From an uncultured Actinomycetes bacterium (lineage in GTDB: Bacteria > Actinomycetota > Thermoleophilia > RBG-16-64-13): a stretch of 64,000 nucleotides of DNA. Each line of letters begins with the position of its first letter. Positions within the stretch are counted from its first letter, which is position 1. The notes under the pieces were generated by a model that searched no databases, was not told the DNA's origin, and worked only from the letters and a program-made list of their open reading frames with translations. The stretch lies in the NCBI GenBank assembly GCA_963829545.1, contig CAWHIX010000012.1, forward strand, positions 20,915 to 84,914, given 5' to 3'. A program made the position numbers and the translations under genes. Shown piece by piece: positions 54,683 to 64,000 of this stretch.

Positions 54683-55564
54683 ATGAGCCTGCTGAACCTG
54701 CTGCAAAGCGACCGCAAGACCATCTTTCTTGACGGAGCCATGGGGACCCAGCTTGGTGCAGCCGGACTGGAGATGGGCGGCCAGAACTGCGTCACCAATC
54801 CGGAGGCTGTCTTGGCCGTGCACGAGCAATATGCGGCCTGCGGTATAGACCTCCTCATCACCAACACCCTCACCATGAACCGCGTCAACCTCGAGTCGCA
54901 CAACATCGGGGTGGACGTGCGCGAAGTCAACTTGGCCGGAGTGAGACTGGCCAAAGCAGCCGCACGCCCCGGCCAATACGTCCTCGGCGACATCGGTTCC
55001 ACCGGAAAGATGCTCAAGCCCTACGGACCGCTTTCCGAGGACGACGCTTACGAAGCCTTCAGGGAACAGGCCGCCATCCTGGCGGAGGGCGGAGCGGACG
55101 GCCTCATCATCGAGACCATGTTCGATCTGAGGGAGGCAGTCTGTGCCATGCGCGCCGCCAAAGAGGCGTGCGATCTTCCCATCATCGCCTCCATAGCCTT
55201 CAACACCGCCGGCAACGGCGGCCGGACGGTGATGGGCAACACGGCCCATGACTGTGCGCAGGCGCTCGCCGAAGCGGGGGCTACGGTCGTGGGGGCCAAC
55301 TGCGGCAGTCTCGACCCGCTGGAGATGGCCGAGGTGGTCGCCACCATGAGCGCGGCCACGTCGCTCCCCATCATCGCCCAGCCCAACGCCGGCAAAGGAC
55401 GCCTGGCCGACAAGCTTCTCGTATTCGACATGTTGCCCGCTCACTTCGCCGCCGGCGTGGAGGAGTGCGCACGGATGGGGGCGCGGCTGTTGGGCGGATG
55501 CTGCGGCACGTCGCCGGCCCACATCCGGGAGATGGTGGAGTTGCTAGGCGGGAAGCCCGGCTAG
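54683..55564 (+). CDS. Standalone homocysteine S-methyltransferase (Hcy-binding, S-methyl_trans) domain protein
   Basis: FLDGAMGTQL, GADGLIIETMFD and zinc-ligand GGCCGTSP motifs. Only 294 aa, about 34 kDa; no MetH B12, cap or AdoMet domains. Confidence 0.75.
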   Translation: MSLLNLLQSDRKTIFLDGAMGTQLGAAGLEMGGQNCVTNPEAVLAVHEQYAACGIDLLITNTLTMNRVNLESHNIGVDVREVNLAGVRLAKAAARPGQYVLGDIGSTGKMLKPYGPLSEDDAYEAFREQAAILAEGGADGLIIETMFDLREAVCAMRAAKEACDLPIIASIAFNTAGNGGRTVMGNTAHDCAQALAEAGATVVGANCGSLDPLEMAEVVATMSAATSLPIIAQPNAGKGRLADKLLVFDMLPAHFAAGVEECARMGARLLGGCCGTSPAHIREMVELLGGKPG

Positions 55565-55687
55565 AAGCCCTGCGCAGTTCCGGTCGGGCCCAGCGGCACG
55601 AGGCGGCCCAGGCCTGGCCTAGCCGACTTTCCCCCGTGGCGTAGCCGGTCTCAGCGTCGGCCACGCGGTACCTCCGGTCGCCTGTGC

Positions 55688-55710
55688 GAATCTTTGCAGA
55701 TTCTTTACGA
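55688..55710 (+). promoter_or_regulatory. AT-rich direct repeat GAATCTTTGCAGATTCTTTACGA (half-sites ATCTTT / ATTCTTT about 10-11 bp apart) about 90 bp upstream of kdpF; candidate KdpE operator
   Basis: An AT-rich island in GC-rich DNA. Direct-repeat geometry is typical of OmpR-family binding sites. Inference only. Confidence 0.3.
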
Positions 55711-55799
55711 CGGACGCCCCGCGCACAACGCCTTTTCCACGGCCCGAGTGCTTACCTAAGGGTGGAGTGAATCGACAGGGGATGGTCCTTGTGGAGAGC

Positions 55800-55883
55800 A
55801 TGCTGATCGTGAGCGCCATAGTGGCGGTGATCCTGCTCGGGTACCTGCTCTATGCCCTGATCCGCCCGGAGAAGCTGGGATGA
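55800..55883 (+). CDS. kdpF: K+-transporting ATPase subunit F
   Basis: [27 protein letters not shown]. The stop overlaps the kdpA ATG. Confidence 0.6.
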   Translation: MLIVSAIVAVILLGYLLYALIRPEKLG

Positions 55884-57629
55884 GCAGCCAGGGCTGGCTG
55901 CAGATCGTCCTCTTCCTGGGCGTCGTGCTGGTGTTGGTGCGGCCCCTCGGCGCGTACATGGCGAGGGTCTTCGAGGGAGCGCCCATCTTCGGGATGGATC
56001 GCGCCCTAAGGCCGGTAGAGCGGTTCATCTACAAGCTGGGCGGCATCGACCCCAAGAGCGAGATGACCTGGAAGAGATACGCCGCCAGCATCCTTGTGTT
56101 CAGCCTCGTGGGCTTCCTTCTCCTCTACCTGCTGCAGCGGGTCCAGGGCTGGTTGCCGGGCGGGCCCGAGGGAATGGAAAACGTACAGCCCGACCTCGCC
56201 TTCAACACCGCGGTCAGTTTCGTGACCAACACCAACTGGCAGGCCTACGGCGGAGAGACGACCATGAAGTACGTCACCCAGATGCTGGGTATGACGGTGC
56301 AGAACTTCGTGTCCGCCGGGACCGGGATAGCGGTGGTTATCGCCTTCGTCCGCGGCTTCTCCCGTCGTTCCACCGACCGACTGGGCAACTTCTGGGTCGA
56401 TCTGACCCGCGCCGTGCTCTACGTGTTGCTGCCTCTGTCCTTCGTGTTCGCCATCGTGCTGGTGTCTCAGGGAGTCGTACAGACGCTGGAACCGGCGCAG
56501 GAGGCGCAACTGGTGCAATCGTACGCGGCCGCGGACGGCGGGACGGTCACGTCTCAGACGATCGCGGTCGGTCCGGTGGCATCCCAGCTCGCCATCAAGC
56601 AGTTGGGCACCAACGGCGGGGGATTCTTCAACGCGAACTCGGCGCACCCGTTCGAGAACCCCACGCCCCTCACCAACTTCCTGCAGCTGGTAGCGATACT
56701 CCTGATTCCGGCTTCCCTCTGCTACACCTTCGGACGCATGGTGGGCAACACCAAGCAGGGTTGGGTGGTCCTGGCCGTCATGATGATCATCCTGGTGGCC
56801 ATGATCGGTGTGGCCTACCACTTCGAGCAGCAGGGGGTGCCACAGGTTGCGGCAGATGGCAGCCGGTCTCGAGCAGCCCGGCGACGGCGCAGTCGGCGGC
56901 AACATGGAGGGCAAGGAGGTGCGGTTCGGAATCCCGACTTCGGCCGCTTGGGCCGTGGCGACCACCGGCGCCTCCAACGGGTCGGTCAACAGCATGCACG
57001 ACTCGATCACCCCCCTGGGAGGGCTGGCGCCCCTGGTCATGATCCAGCTGGGAGAAGTGGTGTTCGGAGGAGTGGGCTCCGGTCTCTACGTCATGCTCGT
57101 GTTCGCCATCGTGGCAGTGTTCATAGCCGGTCTCATGGTGGGACGCACCCCCGAGTACCTGGGCAAGAAGATCGAGGCGTACGAGATGAAGATGGCCTCG
57201 CTGATCATCCTCATCCCCGTCATCGCCATCCTTGCCGGGACGATGATCGGAGTGGCCACGGAGGCCGGGCGGTCGAGTATCGCCAACCCCGGCGCCCACG
57301 GCTTGAGCGAGGTCCTCTACGCGTTCACCTCGGCGGTGGGCAACAACGGCAGCGCTTTCGCCGGTCTGTCCGCCAACACCACCTTCTACAACATCGCTCT
57401 CGCCATCTGCATGCTCATCGGCCGCTTCTGGATCCTCATCCCCACGCTGGCTCTGGCCGGATCCCTCGCGCAGAAGAAGCACATCCCGACCAGCGCTGGG
57501 ACCCTGCACACGGACGGGCCGGTGTTCGCGGGCCTGCTCATCGTCGTCGTGATCGTGGTCGGGGCGCTGAGCTTCCTGCCGGCTTTGGCCTTGGGTCCCA
57601 TCGTCGAACACCTCATGATGATCGGCTAA
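55880..57629 (+). CDS. kdpA: K+-transporting ATPase subunit A; one frameshift near 56850
   Basis: ORFs 55880..58120 (N-terminal 320 aa) and 56808..57629 (C-terminal half); the KdpA pattern is conserved throughout. Confidence 0.8.
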
Positions 57630-57638
57630 GGGGATACG

Positions 57639-59776
57639 ATGAGCTCGACCGATCACGACCAAGAGCCGCGTCCGACCGGCGGCGCGATGCGGTGGGAGGT
57701 TCCGGCCGTCCCGGAGGCAGGGGGCGGGGCGTCGACTGGCGCCTGACGGGACAGGCGGTCCTCGACTCGCTCAGGAAGCTTCACCCCCGGGTCCAGGTAC
57801 GTAACCCGGTGATGTTCGTGGTGTGGGTGGGAGCTCTCCTCACCTTCGTGCTGTTCGTGCAGGCGGTGGCCGGCGCACGGGGAAGCGGCGCCGGGCTTCA
57901 TCCTCGCCATCTCGCTGCTCCTGTGGTTCACGGTGATCTTCGCCAACTTCGCCGAGGCCCTGGCGGAGGGCCGGGGCAAGGCTCAGGCCGACAGCCTGCG
58001 CAAGGCGCGCAGGGACGTGATCGCCACCCGGCTGGCGGACGCGTCCTTCGACGCTCGCGGCGAGCAGGTGTCGTCCTCCGCGCTGGCGCGAGGCGATCTG
58101 GTGCTGGTCGAGGCCGGTGAGTTCATCCCCGCCGACGGCGAGGTGATCGTGGGGGCCGCCTCGGTGGACGAGAGCGCCATCACCGGAGAGAGCGCGCCGG
58201 TGATCCGCGAGAGCGGGGGCGACCGCAGCGCCGTCACCGGAGGGACCCGCGTGCTCTCCGACCGGCTGATCGTGCGCGTGACCGCGCAGCCCGGCGAGAC
58301 GTTCCTGGACCGCATGATCGCCATGGTGGAAGGGGCGAAGAGGCAGAAGACCCCCAACGAGATCGCCCTCAATATCCTGCTGGCGGCGCTTACCATCATC
58401 TTCCTGATGGTGGTGGTCTCGCTGCGGCCCATGTCGCAGTACAGCGTGGATGCCGCCGGAACGGGGAGCGTGGTCTCGATCACCATCCTCGTGGCCCTCC
58501 TCGTGTGCCTGGCCCCCACCACCATCGGCGCCCTGCTTTCGGCCATCGGCATAGCGGGCATGAACCGGCTGGGCAGGGCCAACGTGGTGGCCATGTCCGG
58601 CCGGGCGGTGGAGGCGGCGGGCGACGTGGACGTGTTGCTGCTCGACAAGACCGGCACCATCACCCTGGGCAACCGCCAGGCGACGGAGTTCGTGCCGGCC
58701 TCGGGGGTGTCGGTGGCCGAACTGGCCGACGCCGCGCAGTTGGCGTCGCTGGCCGACGAGACGCCCGAGGGCCGCAGCATCGTCGTTCTGGCCAAGAACG
58801 AGTACGGCCTGCGGGGCCGGGACCTCGCCGCCCTGGGCGCCACGTTCGTGCCCTTCACGGCCCAGACCCGCATGAGCGGGGTGGACCTCGACGGTCGCCA
58901 CATCCGCAAGGGAGCGGCCGACGCCCTCCAGGCCTACGTGAGGGAGCGAAGGCGGATACCTGCCCCAGGAGGTGGCCGACCGCGTGGATGCCATCGCGAG
59001 AGCGGGAGGCACCCCACTGGTCGTGGCCGACGGGGCCCGGGTGCTGGGCGTCATCCATCTGAAGGACATCGTCAAGGGCGGGATCAAGGAGCGCTTCCGC
59101 GACCTGCGCAGCATGGGCATCAAGACCGTCATGATCACCGGAGACAACCCTGTCACCGCGGCCTCCATCGCGGCCGAGGCGGGCGTGGACGACTTCCTGG
59201 CCGAAGCCACGCCCGAGGCCAAGCTCAAGCTCATCCGGCAATACCAGGCAGACGGGCACCTGGTGGCCATGACGGGCGACGGGACCAACGACGCGCCGGC
59301 CCTGGCCCAGGCCGACGTGGCCGTGGCCATGAACACCGGCACCCAGGCGGCCAAGGAGGCCGGCAACATGGTGGACCTCGATTCGAACCCCACCAAGCTG
59401 CTCGAGATCGTGCACATCGGCAAGCAGACCCTCATGACCCGAGGCGCGCTCACCACCTTCAGCATCGCCAACGACATCGCCAAGTACTTCGCCATCATCC
59501 CGGCGGCTTTCGCCGCCACCTATCCCCAGCTGAACGCCCTCAACGTCATGCACCTCACCACCCCGCAGAGCGCCGTGCTCTCGGCGGTCATCTTCAACGC
59601 CATCGTCATCGTCTTCCTCATCCCTTTGGCCCTGCGCGGGGTCACGTACAAACCGCGGCCGGCCGCCCAGCTCTTGCGCAACAACCTGCTCGATCTACGG
59701 GCTCGGGGGGCTGGTGGTGCCGTTTGCAGGCATCAAGATGATCGACCTGCTGCTCAATGCCCTGGGCCTCGTGTGA
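57639..59776 (+). CDS. kdpB: K+-transporting P-type ATPase subunit B; at least 4 frameshifts
   Basis: [20 protein letters not shown] (phosphorylation site), [17 protein letters not shown] and the C-terminal TM region, spread over ORFs 57933..59741 and 58972..60330 plus other frames. Confidence 0.8.
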
Positions 59777-59787
59777 GGGGATGTACT

Positions 59788-60367
59788 ATGCTCAAGATGG
59801 TCAGACAAAGCTTGGTGGCGCTCGTGGCCCTGGGGATCGTGGTGGGGGTGGTCTATCCCCTGGCGGTCACGGGGATATCCCAGGCTTTCTTCCCGCACGA
59901 GGCCGAGGGGAGCATGATCGTACAAGACGGCACCATCGTCGGTTCGGAGCTGATCGGCCAGCCCTTCAGCGGCCCCGCCTACTTCTGGTCCCGCCCTTCG
60001 GCCACGACGCCCACCCCCTACAACGCGGCGGCCTCCTCGGGCTCCAATCTGGGTCCCACCAACCCCGCGCTCCTGGCCGCTGTGGAGGAACGCATCCGGG
60101 TTCTGCGCAGCGCCGACCCGGGCAACGACGGACCCGTGCCTTTGGACCTGGTCACGTCTTCGGCCAGTGGCCTCGATCCGCACATAAGCCCGGCGGCCGC
60201 GGAGTACCAGGTGGAGCGTGTGGCTGCGGCCCGAGGGCTTGACGGCGGAGGAGGTCCGGGCCCTGGTGGCCGAGCACACCGAAGGGCGGCAGTGGGGCGT
60301 CCTGGGCGAGCCGCGCGTGAACGTCCTTGAGCTGAACCTGGCGCTCGACGCGCTGACCGGGCGATGA
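59788..60367 (+). CDS. kdpC: K+-transporting ATPase subunit C; one frameshift near 60240
   Basis: [25 protein letters not shown]...[15 protein letters not shown]; the C-terminus lies in another frame. Confidence 0.75.
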
Positions 60368-63093
60368 CGCCCATGGAGAGACGGCCGCCCGGATCCCGAC
60401 AAGCTTCTGGAACAGCTCAAGGTCGACGAATCCCGGCAGAGTCGGGGCAGCCTCAAGATCTTCTTCGGCTACGTGGCCGGCGTGGGTAAGACCTACGCGA
60501 TGCTCGACGCCGCCCAGCGCATGGCGGCGGCCGGCATAGACGTGGTCGCCGGCTACGTGGAGCCGCATGGGCGACCGGAGACCGAGGTCCTCCTCGAAGG
60601 CCTGGAGGTGCTCCCGCCGCTGCCGCTGGAGTATCACGGCCTGACCCTTCGCGAGCTGGACCTCGACGCCGCCCTCGCCCGGCATCCGCAGTTGCTCCTG
60701 GTCGATGAGCTCGCCCACACCAACGCCCCCGGTTCGAGACACGCCAAGCGCTGGCAGGACGTTCAGGAGCTGCTGGACGCAGGCATCAACGTCTACACCA
60801 CCCTCAACGTCCAGCACCTCGAGAGCCTCAACGACATCATCGCCGGAATAACCGGCGTGCAGGTGCGGGAAACGGTGCCCGACACGGTCTTCGACAATGC
60901 CGACTCGGTCGAGGTAGTGGATCTGCCTCCGGGAGAGCTGGTCGAACGGCTGCACCAGGGGAAAGTCTACATCCCCGACCAGGCTGAACGCGCCGTACAG
61001 AGCTTCTTCACCCGCCCCAACCTGGGCGCGCTGCGAGAGATCGCCCTGCGGCGCACCGCCGACCGGGTCCACGCCCATCTGGAGACGGCCAGACTCGCCT
61101 CCGCCGGGCCGCAGCAGACCTGGGCCACCTCCGAGACCCTACTCGTTTGCGTGGGCCCCAGCCCTACCTCGGCGAAGGTCATCCGCACCTCCAAGCGCCT
61201 GGCGGCTTCGCTGGGCGCGCGCTGGATCGCCGTGAGCGTCGAGAGCCCCCGCGGGGGTCACGTCGCAGACTCGCCTCAGCAGCAGCAGCTTCTGAAGAAC
61301 GTCCAACTGGCCGAACGCCTGGGGGCGGAGACGGCCACCATCAGCGGCGACGACATCGTGCAGGAGATCATCAGCTTCGCCCACTCGCAGAACGTCACCA
61401 AGATCGCCATCGGCAAGACGGCCGAATCGCGGTTGGAAGCGCCTGCGACGTAAGGACGTCGTGAACGGTCTGCTGAGGCAGAGCGGCGACATGGACGTCT
61501 ACGTCGTAACGGGCGGGCTGGAGCCGGAGCACGTCCCTCCCGCCAGGCCGCTGCGGGCACCGGCTTGGAAGGACTACGCTCTGGGCGCTGGCCGCCGTCG
61601 TGATCGCCTCTTTGGTGGCCTGGGGCTTCCAGGACATCGGCTTGGCCGAGGCCAACAAGGCTATTGTCTTCCTGCTGGCCATCGCGCTCGTAGCCGCCCG
61701 CTTCGGGCTCGGCCCCGGCATCCTGGCAACCGTCCTGGGGGTGCTGGCCTTCGACTTCTTCTTCGTTCCCCCGTATCTGACCTTCGCGGTTGCCGATGCC
61801 CAGTTCGCCATCACCTTCGCCGTCATGCTGGTGGTCGCGCTCATCATCAGTACGCTGGCCGCCCGGCTACGCCGGCAGATAAGGGCCGCGCGGGCGCGGG
61901 AGCGTCGGCTGGAAGCCCTCTATCGCTTGAGTCGCGAACTGTCCGCCACCTCCGGAGCCCACCAGTTGGCCTCCACGGCCCAGCGCGAGGTGTCGGGTAT
62001 CTTCGGCACGGAGGCGATCATCTACCTGCCGGACGAGGAAGGCCGCCTCGAGCCGGTGGTATCCGGCGCCGGGACCCTGGCTCCCGACTCGCGCGAGCAG
62101 GCGGTGGCGACGTGGGCGTTCGACCACGGTCAACTGGCGGGCAACGGCACGGATACCTTGCCCGAGGCCGCCGCCGTCCACGTCCCCATGGTTACGCCAA
62201 TGGGGACCGCCGGCATCCTGAGCGTGTATCAGTCGGCAGGCGAGCCCCTGCTCTCGCCCGAGAACCGGCAACTCCTCGAGACTCTCGCCGCTCAGATCGG
62301 GACGGCCGTCGAGCGGGATGGACTGGCCGACGAGACCCAGGCGGCATTGCTGAGGATCGAGAAGGAGCGCCTACGAAGCTCGCTCCTCAGCTCCGTGTCT
62401 CACGATCTACGAACCCCTCTCGCCGTGATAGCGGGATCGAGCAGCGCTCTCCTGGAATTGGGCGAATCGGCCGATCGAGCGCAGCGGGAGGCGCTCCTCC
62501 AGGAGGTGGTCAAGGAATCCAACCGTCTGGCAAGGCTGGTCGACAACCTGCTGAGCATGACCCGGCTCGACGCGGGGGCCATCGAAGTCGAGAAACAGTG
62601 GTTCCCGCTCGAGGACGTCATCGGGTCGGCCCTCGGGCGGCTTCGGAAGGAACTGCCCGGGAGGGTGGTGAGCAAGGACATCGCCCCGGATCTACCCCTG
62701 ATACCGTTGGACGGTGTGCTCGTCGAACAGGCGCTGGTCAACTTCCTGGAGAACGCGGTCAAGTACAGCGATGCCGGGACCCCGATCGAGATCGGCGCCC
62801 ACCTCGAGGACGAGGGGGTGGTCGTAAGCGTCGCGGACAGGGGGCCCGGGCTCGCGGCGGACGAGGAGGAACAAGTCTTTGAGAAGCTCTTCCGGGGCTC
62901 GGCTTCAGCCGCCTCCGGCGAGAGAGGGGCGGGCTTGGGCCTGGCCATCGCCCGGGCCATCATCAGCGCCCATGGCGGGCGCACCTGGGCGGAGAACCGT
63001 CCGGGGGGCGGCGCGTCCTTCAGCTTCCTTCTGCCCGTGGGAGAATCGCCTCCCGACTGGAGCGCGATCGAACAAGAGGGAGCCCAGGCGTGA
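60364..63093 (+). CDS. kdpD: Sensor kinase KdpD (KdpD N-domain + USP + TM + HisKA/HATPase); at least 3 frameshifts
   Basis: [17 protein letters not shown] (ORF 60473..61453); GDMDVYVV; TM plus GAF-like region; SHDLRTP and the HATPase domain (ORF 61600..63093). Confidence 0.8.
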
Positions 63094-63105
63094 GCGGACA
63101 GAGAG

Positions 63106-63807
63106 GTGGCTGCGGCGGCACGCATCCTCATCATCGAGGACGACCGGCCCATCCGGCGCTTCTTGGAAGCCGCCCTCACCAACGATGGCTACGAAGTCGT
63201 CGAAGCCGACAGCGGGCACATGGGCCTGACCCACCTGCTGACCCGTCTGCCCGACCTCCTCATCCTCGATCTCGGCCTCCCCGACATGGACGGCATGGAG
63301 ATCATCGCCCGGGTCCGGGAATGGTCGCAGCTACCCATCATCATCCTCTCGGCCCGCGGTCGCGAGGACGACAAGGTCGACGCGCTCAACGCCGGGGCGG
63401 ACGACTACCTGACCAAGCCCTTCAGCGTGCCGGAGTTGCTGGCCCGTATCAGGGTGGCGCTACGGCACGCGGCGGTTGTCCGGGCCGGGGGACAGGACGA
63501 GACCTCTCGTTACCAGGTGGGCGAGCTCGTGGTCGACCTCGACGCTCGGCGTGTGTTTGTCAACGATGCCGAGGTCCACCTGACTCCCCTGGAATACCGC
63601 CTGCTCACCACCCTGATCAAGAACGCGGGCAAGGTCCTCACCCACCGCTTCCTCCTGCAGGAGGTCTGGGGCCCGGGCTATCTGGGACAGACCCACTACC
63701 CCCGCATGCTGGTCGCCAGCCTCCGGCGCAAGATCGAGGATGATCCGGCTGAGCCTCGCTACGTCCTGACCGAGCAGGGAGTGGGTTACCGCCTGGTCGA
63801 GGATTGA
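63106..63807 (+). CDS. kdpE: Response regulator KdpE (OmpR family)
   Basis: Intact: RILIIEDDRPIRRFL...LILDLGLPDMDG...winged-helix LTPLEYRLL...GVGYRL. Confidence 0.85.
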   Translation: MAAAARILIIEDDRPIRRFLEAALTNDGYEVVEADSGHMGLTHLLTRLPDLLILDLGLPDMDGMEIIARVREWSQLPIIILSARGREDDKVDALNAGADDYLTKPFSVPELLARIRVALRHAAVVRAGGQDETSRYQVGELVVDLDARRVFVNDAEVHLTPLEYRLLTTLIKNAGKVLTHRFLLQEVWGPGYLGQTHYPRMLVASLRRKIEDDPAEPRYVLTEQGVGYRLVED

Positions 63808-64000
63808 CCAGCACGGGCCGTCCGCGATCAGGTCGGTGATCCACTGCCGAGAGTGCATGCGGAACGGGGCGCGAGAATATGGGCCATCCGGCGCCCGTAC
63901 ATCGCAACGCCAGTACACCCCGACCCAGACCGGCAACGAGATCTGCCCGTTCACCGACGTCGACGGCCAGATAGGCCTCGATCCCTGCTCTCCCTCCAAG

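Noticed and set aside
56006-59553. Long minus-strand ORFs (56006..57040, 56787..57662, 57840..59519, 58855..59553)
   Set aside because: Antisense to kdpA / kdpB, whose plus-strand translations match the conserved Kdp proteins.

Overview
High-GC (about 63-66% by eye) bacterial chromosomal window, Actinomycetota- or Chloroflexota-like. That lineage call rests on a eukaryote-like (type 2) IleRS behind a T-box leader, a response-regulator/histidine-kinase/GerMN-lipoprotein module of the MtrAB-LpqB type, a large LAL-type LuxR regulator and an RRM/glycine-rich RNA-binding protein. I can support about 55 protein-coding genes and no rRNA, tRNA, CRISPR array or obvious mobile element.

Gene content, in order:
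- a partial QueG-like Fe-S protein at the window edge;
- a GtrA / GT2 / large polytopic (GT-C-like) membrane protein glycosylation trio;
- a MiaB-family tRNA methylthiotransferase (mtaB-like) - dtd - PHP phosphatase - DAG-kinase-like co-directional string;
- a TPR lipoprotein;
- a divergent branched-chain amino acid ABC transporter locus: livGFHM on the minus strand facing three tandem LivK-like binding-protein paralogs with TTAAPTE peptide-repeat linkers on the plus strand;
- ileS with a T-box leader;
- a nine-gene co-directional cluster: small CxxC membrane protein, NapH-like membrane polyferredoxin, class-V cysteine desulfurase, MoxR AAA+ ATPase, DUF58 protein, transglutaminase membrane protein, 2x[4Fe-4S] ferredoxin, IscS, IscU;
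- two lipoproteins, one of them a large secreted protein;
- nrdR-nrdJ (B12-dependent ribonucleotide reductase);
- a two-component system plus GerMN lipoprotein;
- a 1016-aa LAL regulator with an adjacent orphan short SSB-like protein;
- a lower-GC patch holding an esterase lipoprotein, an RDD protein and a DUF2254 protein;
- an orphan B12-binding radical SAM enzyme, an RRM protein, a DegV + CFA-synthase-like pair, a Cys-rich lipoprotein and a standalone homocysteine-binding methyltransferase;
- a complete kdpFABCDE operon.

The most striking sequence-level observation is that many genes are interrupted by frameshifts. These include essential ileS, the whole liv operon, all three binding-protein paralogs and kdpABCD. 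Equally long neighbours (nrdJ, the LAL regulator, MoxR, the histidine kinase, the B12-radical-SAM gene) are intact. The pattern is clustered rather than random, which argues for either localised assembly/consensus errors or real decay. Coordinates for frameshifted genes are whole-gene spans stitched across frames by eye and may be off by a few bases.
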